64,000 nt of DNA from the IMG/VR virus record IMGVR_UViG_3300013121_000046. One strand, written 5' to 3'. A program made the position numbers and the translations under genes. A model generated the notes under the pieces. It saw only the letters and a program-made list of their open reading frames with translations, searched no databases and was not told the origin of the DNA. This DNA comes from a virus (taxonomy: Duplodnaviria; Caudoviricetes). Positions 1-7,722 of this stretch are shown here, one piece after another (position 1 is the first letter of the stretch; the number at the start of each line of letters is the position of its first letter).

Positions 1-309
1 CGCAGCCGTAACCTGCTGAGCATCATCCAGAGCTTTGTCGTGACCAGTCTCCGGCAAATCCGCTGTGGAGTGCTCCAAGTCGGGTATCTGCACGTACTCC
101 TGCTCAATCTCGGAGCTAGGCGGAGGGGCTGGAGTAGCCTTACGACCTTTCACCTTAGGCAAATCCAAGCCGGAAAAAACTTTGTCTAGATCGGAGGTCT
201 TAATGAACCTCTGGATATTAGCTAAACGACGCAAGACTTCTGGGTTAGCAGTACCACCAGTACGCAGACGGCTCGATACATAGTTAACGACTTCAGATAA
301 ACTAGGCAT
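1..309 (-). CDS. hypothetical protein (runs off window)
   Basis: ATG at 309, open frame MPSLSEVVNYVSSRLRTGG...DKALDDAQQVTAA to the window edge; not in ORF track because incomplete. Confidence 0.7.
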   Translation of the reverse strand, partial: MPSLSEVVNYVSSRLRTGGTANPEVLRRLANIQRFIKTSDLDKVFSGLDLPKVKGRKATPAPPPSSEIEQEYVQIPDLEHSTADLPETGHDKALDDAQQVTAA

Positions 310-311
310 GG

Positions 312-1019
312 TTAAAACCCTGGCGAATACTGGGTATTTGGGGTATTTGGAGTATTTGGAGTAGCTGAAGGAAGAGAGGGCTGAACTTGCTGTGGGGGAG
401 CCATAGGATTGGGAGTCCCTCCCATATCAGAACCCATCGGGTAAGGCTCTTCTCCAGCACTGCCTAAATCTGGGGACAACAGGTCGGAGAAGTCATCCTC
501 GGGAGGTATTTCCGAGTCGGTGGGTTCCTCGACACCCGGGGCTTGGCCCAAAAAGCCTCCCCCTGATTCAGATTCCACTGCTGGTGTCGCAGGAATTTTG
601 GCAGGGGCCGCTTCAGAAGTTGACTCAAACTTAATCGGGGATATCTCTTTTCTATTTAAGTCTTCCTTAATAAGAGTGATCGCATTCTCAACACAGGAAG
701 TCAAATCATTTTCAATATCCCTAATATCATCCCCCAAAGAACCAATATGTTGGGTCAGTCCTGAGTTATATGAGCCACTAATTCCCACTTTAGTACCCCG
801 AACCCGAACTTTCCATTGCCGATTCTCTAACTCAATCTTTAAGGTATCGTCGTCTTCCTGAACAACAGTCGCCTCACCTTTAAGTTTAGCAAATAAGAGT
901 GCAGCTAGTATCTCTAACCGAGCCCGCTGAGGCGAAGAGACGCCAGAAAAGCCTAGGGGCGGTAGACTTTCCTGAGGATCTCCAGCGAACAATTTCTTGG
1001 CCAGTAACTGTCTTCGCAC
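312..1019 (-). CDS. hypothetical protein with acidic/Pro-rich low-complexity C-terminus
   Basis: 235-aa ORF in the minus-strand gene run. Confidence 0.7.
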   Translation of the reverse strand: MRRQLLAKKLFAGDPQESLPPLGFSGVSSPQRARLEILAALLFAKLKGEATVVQEDDDTLKIELENRQWKVRVRGTKVGISGSYNSGLTQHIGSLGDDIRDIENDLTSCVENAITLIKEDLNRKEISPIKFESTSEAAPAKIPATPAVESESGGGFLGQAPGVEEPTDSEIPPEDDFSDLLSPDLGSAGEEPYPMGSDMGGTPNPMAPPQQVQPSLPSATPNTPNTPNTQYSPGF

Positions 1020-1080
1020 GGAAATTTCCCCCTAATTCTTTCCCTATTATCTAGGTGAACCGAGTGATTCGTAAAATCAC

Positions 1081-1932
1081 TCACAGGTAAATTTTCCTTA
1101 ATTTCTGGATAGCTTTTCGCTCCCAAACCATAACCGCTTGCCTAGAAATACCCAGAATCCTACCAACCTCAGCCCGATTCAAAGCCTCTCCCCCATCTAG
1201 ACCAAACCTAAGCATTAATATCTCTCGCTGCCTCTCTGAGAACTTAGCCAGAACCTCCCCTAACTCTAAAGAGTTCTCAAATCCCTTACATACCGAAAAA
1301 GAATCCAAGGGTAGTTGTCCTGGAGAACCCCAGTGTAATAGGTCTAAATTGGCTTTCGCCGTAGTAACACTACACTCAAACTCTTTCTGAATATCCAAAA
1401 GCTCTGGAACTTCCCCCTTCTGATACACCCACCGCATCATTTTCTTACTTACTAGATAGGAATGTCTAGTCAATCCTTGAGATTCTGCAATAGCCTCCTG
1501 TAGGGCCGCTCTAATTCTGAAGCTAGAGTACGTAGTAAACGACCCTAAACCGGGTTGAAAGTTATCTACAGCAGATATCAAACCTAGCCAGCCGGCTGCC
1601 TGAAAATCACTTAATCGTCGAGAGGACTTAAGAAATCTACGCAAACAGGTTACTAACCAACGAGAATTATGCAGTATTATTTTGGATCGAACCTCTAGGG
1701 CTAACTCCGCTTGCTTAAGCTCCTGGAGTGAAAATCGCGTCAATTTTAGTACAGTATCCCTCGTCGGTGGTACCTGCCACCGGGATAAAAAACTCAAAAC
1801 TTCACCTAGCTCAAACCATTTACTACTACGAACTATTGTAAAACACTGTAATAGTTCTTCAGGCGGAAGTGGGGGATAATTCTCACACAGCGTCAGTAAC
1901 TCTTGGGGTATCCTTTGGATAGTTAGAGCCAC
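1081..1932 (-). CDS. sigma-70 family RNA polymerase sigma factor
   Basis: Region 2 motif DFQAAGWLGLISAVDNFQPGLGSFTTYSSFRIR; region 4 HTH FSERQREILMLRFGLDGGEALNRAEVGRILGISRQAVMVWERKAIQKLR. Confidence 0.9.
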   Translation of the reverse strand: MALTIQRIPQELLTLCENYPPLPPEELLQCFTIVRSSKWFELGEVLSFLSRWQVPPTRDTVLKLTRFSLQELKQAELALEVRSKIILHNSRWLVTCLRRFLKSSRRLSDFQAAGWLGLISAVDNFQPGLGSFTTYSSFRIRAALQEAIAESQGLTRHSYLVSKKMMRWVYQKGEVPELLDIQKEFECSVTTAKANLDLLHWGSPGQLPLDSFSVCKGFENSLELGEVLAKFSERQREILMLRFGLDGGEALNRAEVGRILGISRQAVMVWERKAIQKLRKIYL

Positions 1933-2527
1933 GTACTTTCCACTCCCATCTTTTTTGTGTGCGGATTGCTCGAAGTTGATTAAAATTCTTTTCTACCGTC
2001 AGCAACATCTCCAAAGCTAAAGCAAGTTGTTCTTGCCCTGGATTTGTAGCTAAAGCTCCCTTTAACTTGTTAAGTGCTAAAGTGAATACGTTTCTAACAT
2101 TACCTTGCCCAGCCCCTAAAGCCTCCGCAGTTGCTGTTTGGGATGTTGTTTTAACTATCCCTAATACGATTTGCACTGCATAATCACTAAGCTGTAAATC
2201 TAAAAGCACTTTCCTGAGTTGAGTCTCTGACAATAATTTTGAAAAACAGACAAAAAGCTTAATCCTTCCAGTAGCCCGCTCTAGCCTATATGAGATATTA
2301 GACTGTCTAACAAAAAACAGAGTGCATATCTCTTCCTGAATAGCCCCCAAAACCTTAGCCAGAAAAAGCATCTGCAATTCCCTGGGAGGCAATTTTTGCA
2401 GAGCCCGAACTAATAGATCAAGATTTTTAGTTACCTCCACATTCTTTTTGCGTTGTCTAGGAATTGATTTTTTCGTATACTGATCTAATTCCCAAGGATC
2501 AGTACGTAAGAACAGAGCTTTAAGAAT
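1883..2527 (-). CDS. sigma region-4-like tandem HTH protein
   Basis: LQKLPPRELQMLFL..GAIQEEICTLFFVRQSNISYRLERA and a second HTH SQTATAEALGAGQGNVR; track start GTG 2440, possible ATT start at 2527 behind AGGAGG. Confidence 0.65.
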   Translation of the reverse strand: MLKALFLRTDPWELDQYTKKSIPRQRKKNVEVTKNLDLLVRALQKLPPRELQMLFLAKVLGAIQEEICTLFFVRQSNISYRLERATGRIKLFVCFSKLLSETQLRKVLLDLQLSDYAVQIVLGIVKTTSQTATAEALGAGQGNVRNVFTLALNKLKGALATNPGQEQLALALEMLLTVEKNFNQLRAIRTQKRWEWKVRGSNYPKDTPRVTDAV

Positions 2528-2559
2528 GGGAAGACCCTCCTGAAAGTTCGATATTGAAA

Positions 2560-3498
2560 CTATTTCAAAGAGTTACGCAACGCTAAATCCCACTCCCGTC
2601 TTATTTTAATACTCTGCATCTCTAATCGAGAACACATCTCCTCTAGCTTACTACGATCTCCAGTAACCTCTCCATAGTACTCCGGCCTATCCGTAACCCC
2701 TAGCAGATCCATCACTTGATAGTTTATCTGCATCTGCTCCCAAAACGAACGCAATTTTATCTTCTGCTGTGGCGTCTCACCAAAAAAGGCTAAACGCTCT
2801 GCGTCTGGAACTTCAGTACACTCTCTAGCAATATTTAGGATTACCTTACTGGGTAATCTAGAGATTCCCGGTAGCCCATCGGATACATCACTATCTAGAC
2901 TACGGTACACCAGCAAATTCCTACCCGTAACCCCCCACTTTTCCCGGACTTTTGCAAGATCAAAAAGACCATTCTTAGTCAAGCCCAAACAAAAAACTGT
3001 CTCCGAAACTAACTGATGAAAATCCTTATCAGTGGACACAATCAAAACTGTATCCGTCCCCACTCTTTCCCAACGAATCCAGGCAGCTATCTGAGTATCT
3101 GCCTCCACCTCAGCCGAGTACAAGGTGGGCAAAAACGAGGACATAGTTTCTCGCAAAAGTACCAGTCTTGGACCCCACGGAGGCTCATCAATTCTATCTT
3201 TTTTAGCTTCTCGATTGGCCTTATACCCAGCGAACAACTTTTTACCAACAGCCGGGACCCCATCCCAAGCTAAAATAATTCTCGACTGAGGATAGTTTCT
3301 AATCAGATTCAAAACGCCAGAGATAAAGCCAAACTCTAAACCCGAAGGTTCCCCGGAGGAAGTTCTCAACTGTTTATGGGACCACCAATACCTATGGGCC
3401 AAGTTATTAGCATCTACCAATACAACTTGAGGATCAAACACTAGGCTTCCTTTTTCCTTCGGGGAATCTTTTTCACCCATCGACTGTCCAAGCAACAT
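2560..3498 (-). CDS. 5'-3' exonuclease (Pol I N-terminal / flap endonuclease type)
   Basis: VLVDANNLAHR, LAWDG, YKANR, EADT, STDKDFHQL, SDVSDGLPGI motifs. Confidence 0.9.
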   Translation of the reverse strand: MLLGQSMGEKDSPKEKGSLVFDPQVVLVDANNLAHRYWWSHKQLRTSSGEPSGLEFGFISGVLNLIRNYPQSRIILAWDGVPAVGKKLFAGYKANREAKKDRIDEPPWGPRLVLLRETMSSFLPTLYSAEVEADTQIAAWIRWERVGTDTVLIVSTDKDFHQLVSETVFCLGLTKNGLFDLAKVREKWGVTGRNLLVYRSLDSDVSDGLPGISRLPSKVILNIARECTEVPDAERLAFFGETPQQKIKLRSFWEQMQINYQVMDLLGVTDRPEYYGEVTGDRSKLEEMCSRLEMQSIKIRREWDLALRNSLK

Positions 3499-3944
3499 TC
3501 CATCTCTCCTAAACCTAGAAAGACTCGCAAGACTACGAAGTCCTCAGCAAAACTAAGAATCTTCCCATGATTTCCCCGTAAATCCCCTTGAGTTACTTTA
3601 ACTCTGTCACCCACCTTAAAACTTGGACCAACCTCAATTACGGCTCTTATCTGGAGGATATCATCCTCAGTAACTACTGAATACCTAGAAGCGGATACCT
3701 TCAAAATACTCTTAAAAACCTCTGTATCTTCTAATTTATTGATACTTAGCTCAGGGTTAACCTTAATAAAAAAATACTCAGAATACGGGGAGGGATATTT
3801 ACCATGCTTATCTTCAATGACCCCATAAAAATACTCAAAGTCTTTAACCTCCAGTATTCGACGAGCCTCCTTAACTATATCTTTTTCAGACATAGTTTTT
3901 TCAGCCCAAGGGGTTAACTGTACGACCCAGTACGACACGATCAA
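3441..3944 (-). CDS. NusG-like transcription elongation/antitermination factor
   Basis: N-terminal YWVVQL..EYFFIK (NGN-like) and C-terminal KOW FKVGDRVKVTQGDLRGNHGKI. Confidence 0.75.
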   Translation of the reverse strand: MIVSYWVVQLTPWAEKTMSEKDIVKEARRILEVKDFEYFYGVIEDKHGKYPSPYSEYFFIKVNPELSINKLEDTEVFKSILKVSASRYSVVTEDDILQIRAVIEVGPSFKVGDRVKVTQGDLRGNHGKILSFAEDFVVLRVFLGLGEMECCLDSRWVKKIPRRKKEA

Positions 3945-4957
3945 TCTTCCCCTGATAAGAATCGAGCCACCCTGGCGGGATCTTTCCCCATATCATTCAC
4001 CAAAGTCTTCATGTCTACAGATCGAAATCGTTTAGGTACACCCTGTCGCTTTTCCCCTACAGCATTATTCAGTCCCGCCCCAAGCCTAGTCTGAACGAAA
4101 CCTAAAGCCGCTTGTAGGTCCAGCATACTTATGATTTTTAATGGGGTGGCTAATAACCATTCAGCAACAGCAGAAACTCGACTCCCATACTTATCTAACA
4201 AAAGCCCTAGGGTGGCTTTTTCTACGAATTGGCAACCAACACTAACAAGATGTGCTTGAAGAATTACCGTATGTATTAAAGTCCAAAATTCCTCCGGAGT
4301 CCTACCTAACGTATCAAGACCTTCCCCAATGTATGATACTCTTGTAGTACCCATTTCTAGGAGAAATTGTGTTACTGTCTGAAGTTCCCCCCCAAGAATA
4401 TTGTCAACCCCTCCTGGGTCATCCTTAATTAGATTATACTTTAATATCCAGGAAGCCAATTCTCGTAAGTTACCCGCACATCCTAGCAGAAATTTTTCCC
4501 TAACTTCCTTCGGAATCTCTGGGTATCTAGTTAAGTACTCAGCTACCTCCGAATTACTCAGAGGTAAACATGAAACCAATAGGCTATATAACCCTAGGGT
4601 CTCCGGCAAAGCCTCTGCCGAAGTTCCAGTAATAAAAACCCAGGGCCTTTGTATCTGCTGTATCTGTTCTTTTTTAGAGAGTAGATGAAAATTCTCCACC
4701 CAGACTGGCTCTTTTGGATCGCAACTAATTAACTGATAAGCTTGTATAGGCTCTACTGTGGTATATCCAACCAATCGTAAAACCTCAGCACACAGCATAC
4801 TTTTACCGACTCCCGGAGGACCCACAAAAAACCATTTATATTTAGAAATAGTCCCTTGCGCCTTAGCTCCGGAAATCAACTTCTTAGCCCATGATTGACC
4901 GATGATATTTGATAATTCTGCTAAGTTACTCATACCCATTATTCCTTGGCAAAACAC
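3941..4957 (-). CDS. AAA+ ATPase, clamp-loader (DnaX/RFC)-like
   Basis: IIGQ start motif, Walker A GPPGVGKS, degenerate Walker B VENFHLLS, CAGNLRE sensor-2-like motif. Confidence 0.7.
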   Translation of the reverse strand: MFCQGIMGMSNLAELSNIIGQSWAKKLISGAKAQGTISKYKWFFVGPPGVGKSMLCAEVLRLVGYTTVEPIQAYQLISCDPKEPVWVENFHLLSKKEQIQQIQRPWVFITGTSAEALPETLGLYSLLVSCLPLSNSEVAEYLTRYPEIPKEVREKFLLGCAGNLRELASWILKYNLIKDDPGGVDNILGGELQTVTQFLLEMGTTRVSYIGEGLDTLGRTPEEFWTLIHTVILQAHLVSVGCQFVEKATLGLLLDKYGSRVSAVAEWLLATPLKIISMLDLQAALGFVQTRLGAGLNNAVGEKRQGVPKRFRSVDMKTLVNDMGKDPARVARFLSGED

Positions 4958-5625
4958 TCAACACTCCTAACAAACTCTCGTAACTCAGAAACTATCGGAT
5001 ACCTTTCTTGGGAGGATAGCTCTCCCAATAATCCTGCGTCCTTAACAGGCAAAAGTTTCTTTCTTAAAACCAGTCCCCACTCTGTTGCCCAGGTTTGCAC
5101 CCGCTCCTCACGTTGAGACTGCATCCGAGTAAACTTCTCAGCATTCCCTTTTACCAAATCATTATCCGGTAACCAAATTACCGTTGAGGCATACCTAGAG
5201 ATTACTCGCAGTTGCTCCCGGGAAGGGGCTGAACCCAAATAGGCTACAGTATTGTAAAAACCGTATCCCCACAGGGCTCTGCAATCCTTAGGCCCTTCTA
5301 CAAGAAGGACGACCTGTGTATCCCAGATAAAAGGAAGAGCCCAAGTAAGATTGTGCCATAAAGGGAACTTCTTTTCAGAAGTCACTACTAAATTAGCTTT
5401 CTTACTTGGGTCAGTATGTAAGTTTCGGAGAAGAATTCCGGAGGATTTTGAATACTCCGTATCTAGAGCATAAGCTAATACAAACTTATTTTCCTCCCTA
5501 CTAGCAAATTTCTGTGCCTCAGAACTTAAGCCTGCGTACTGTTCCGCTCGTAAAAGATTAACCGCCCCCTTGGGTACAGAGCCTGCGTCAATACCATACC
5601 GACCTAAGGCCAACCGTAAATCCAT
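4939..5625 (-). CDS. DNA primase TOPRIM-domain protein
   Basis: LLVEGPKDC, VAYLGS, IWLPDND, VKDAG TOPRIM motifs. Confidence 0.8.
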   Translation of the reverse strand: MDLRLALGRYGIDAGSVPKGAVNLLRAEQYAGLSSEAQKFASREENKFVLAYALDTEYSKSSGILLRNLHTDPSKKANLVVTSEKKFPLWHNLTWALPFIWDTQVVLLVEGPKDCRALWGYGFYNTVAYLGSAPSREQLRVISRYASTVIWLPDNDLVKGNAEKFTRMQSQREERVQTWATEWGLVLRKKLLPVKDAGLLGELSSQERYPIVSELREFVRSVECFAKE

Positions 5626-5628
5626 ATA

Positions 5629-6042
5629 CTACCTAGCTCTACGGCTTACCCGAGGGGTTTTATACTTGGGCAACACAATCTCATGCTGTGGCCCACCTCT
5701 AAGAGTGCTGGTCCGAGGATCAACCCGGTGTAGAACCTCTGTCGGACCAGCATAGGAACACTCGGCTGGTCCTAAAATTCTCCGCCTTGATATCCCTCTA
5801 CCCTCTTGATTTAATACCCCGGAAGAATCCAATTTTCTAAAGATCACCACATCACCACCACAGTCCTCAGCAATTGTACCATCGGCAACGGTAGTCACGG
5901 GATCAAGAGATGTAATCAAGGCGGTCAGATAAGACTCTGCCCAAATCTCAGCCCCGGAGGCCTGAGAAGACCCTACCTTTGAAGCAAGTGCTTGACTAAT
6001 AAAATCCACGGTGAGAGCAGTCTGCATTTTTACCTTTCCCAT
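5629..6042 (-). CDS. hypothetical protein
   Basis: 137-aa ORF abutting the primase gene. Confidence 0.6.
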   Translation of the reverse strand: MGKVKMQTALTVDFISQALASKVGSSQASGAEIWAESYLTALITSLDPVTTVADGTIAEDCGGDVVIFRKLDSSGVLNQEGRGISRRRILGPAECSYAGPTEVLHRVDPRTSTLRGGPQHEIVLPKYKTPRVSRRAR

Positions 6043-6043
6043 T

Positions 6044-6073
6044 AAAAAAGGGGAGACGACCCATCGTCTCCCC
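6044..6073 (-). terminator. rho-independent terminator
   Basis: GGGGAGACGA-TGGG-TCGTCTCCCC followed by T6 on the minus strand. Confidence 0.8.
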
Positions 6074-6095
6074 TATATAAAAAATTTAGGTAAAA

Positions 6096-6599
6096 TTAAC
6101 CTCTTGGGGGACCAATTTGCCCCGAGAGTCCGACACCCCCACTCGAAAAACTCGGAATAGCCGGACCAGCCATAGCGCCCGAAGCAGCCGAGGGAGGACC
6201 GACCTGAGGTGACACAGGCATAACGGGATTGAGACTCCCACCCCCCGAAGGTAGCGGATTGGTTGCAGCCCCGGGGGCAGGTAATCCGGGGATGGGTGGA
6301 GTTGGTGGCACATTCAAAAGCGATACAGTTACAGTCAAACCAATGCCAGCCAGGGGGTCATCTGCAACTACCCGTAGACTGCCGTCCTGCTGGTATTCAG
6401 TCCGTAATCCCGGGGGGCGAGCCTGAAACTTGCCAGACAAAATGCCTCGTAATTCTTCGGCAATGTCCCCCATAACTTGTGTAGCAAATGTCGGATCAAA
6501 CTCCGGGGAGCCGGGGTGAGCCGACTTATCCATTTGCCGCAAGTCTCGACTCTTCGACCGGTAGGCAGTTCGCTTAGGGTATAGGTTAACTGGGAGCAT
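6096..6599 (-). CDS. hypothetical Pro/Gly-rich protein
   Basis: 167-aa ORF in gene run. Confidence 0.6.
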   Translation of the reverse strand: MLPVNLYPKRTAYRSKSRDLRQMDKSAHPGSPEFDPTFATQVMGDIAEELRGILSGKFQARPPGLRTEYQQDGSLRVVADDPLAGIGLTVTVSLLNVPPTPPIPGLPAPGAATNPLPSGGGSLNPVMPVSPQVGPPSAASGAMAGPAIPSFSSGGVGLSGQIGPPRG

Positions 6600-7091
6600 C
6601 TACCGATTCCTAAAGTCTGATCGGTTACGAGTGTTCGTACTCTGATTGGACTCATTAGTCTGGCTAGCTCTAAAACCGGTAGAATCTGTATCCGGTTGAG
6701 TCGTGGTGGCCGGGCCCGAAGCCAAATCAGCTAAATTTGCCGCAACCCTAGCCCGAATAACTGAGTTTTCCTGACCACCTTCTCCCAATCCTCGTTTGTT
6801 CCACCGATTACCCACGAAAGTCCGAGGATTCGCCCAACTCTCTGAAGGGGTATCTGGCTCTGAGGGAATCAAATCCGTAGTTCTTTCCGCAGGATCCTCA
6901 ACTGCCGTAGGCGGAGATCCTGGCGGGGATATTGCAAAAGCCTTAAATACACCAGAGTTAACTCCGATACCCGATAAGGACTCCGGAGCTACTTTCTCGG
7001 CATACTCAGCAGCCCAAACGAGGGCATCAGTACGGATCTCTTCAAGCTGAAATTCTACCGGAGCCTCACTAACTCTCTTTTTCCTAGCCAT
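6600..7091 (-). CDS. hypothetical protein
   Basis: 163-aa ORF with GGAG-like SD; abuts next gene. Confidence 0.65.
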   Translation of the reverse strand: MARKKRVSEAPVEFQLEEIRTDALVWAAEYAEKVAPESLSGIGVNSGVFKAFAISPPGSPPTAVEDPAERTTDLIPSEPDTPSESWANPRTFVGNRWNKRGLGEGGQENSVIRARVAANLADLASGPATTTQPDTDSTGFRASQTNESNQSTNTRNRSDFRNR

Positions 7092-7109
7092 TTAATGATC
7101 TCTTAATGG

Positions 7110-7523
7110 TTAAAGATATCTTCGACGGTTAATGAGGCCCGAGGTATTGACCGAATTGGCTGATTGATTAGTCCTAGCACTAGCCTCTCTCGAAGAAATA
7201 GAAGAGGCAGTATTTACTTTAGGTTGGAGGGCTACCCCACCCCCTGAATTAGGGGAATCTACTGGGTGAGGTAATGCCCCAGCCCCTAACTCTCCGGAAG
7301 CCTCCCGAGTTAACGTCAAAGCTTGCCGAGCAATTTGCTCCCCATTCCCACCCCTAAGAGGGAGCCGAGCATTCTTAGGGCCCTTCGTCTGAATATTCTC
7401 AAAACTAGCTGACTGAGCATCAGTAGCCACGAAAGAAGAAAATGGCTCATATGAAGGCATTGCGTAGACTCCAAAAAAAGTCAACGAGTATGGGCTGAGG
7501 TATGGGAAGTATCTTTTCGCCAA
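7110..7523 (-). CDS. hypothetical protein (likely start at MPSYEP)
   Basis: ORF; C-terminal TNQSANSVNT resembles the tail of the adjacent protein (TNESNQSTNT). Confidence 0.55.
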   Translation of the reverse strand: MAKRYFPYLSPYSLTFFGVYAMPSYEPFSSFVATDAQSASFENIQTKGPKNARLPLRGGNGEQIARQALTLTREASGELGAGALPHPVDSPNSGGGVALQPKVNTASSISSREASARTNQSANSVNTSGLINRRRYL

Positions 7524-7722
7524 GCCAAACGGGCCTGTGTGCCTGTAGCGGGAGAATCAATCCAAACAATTCTCTTCGCTCGACTCTTCGGGCGAGCCGT
7601 TCGATGATTACCGCTAGTACTACCCTGACCCATAAAATTTTCTCCCCTATACCCAATCCTGATTGAATAAAAAGACCATACTTATTTATAAATAAGTATC
7701 CCTAACAAGCAAACACAGCCCA

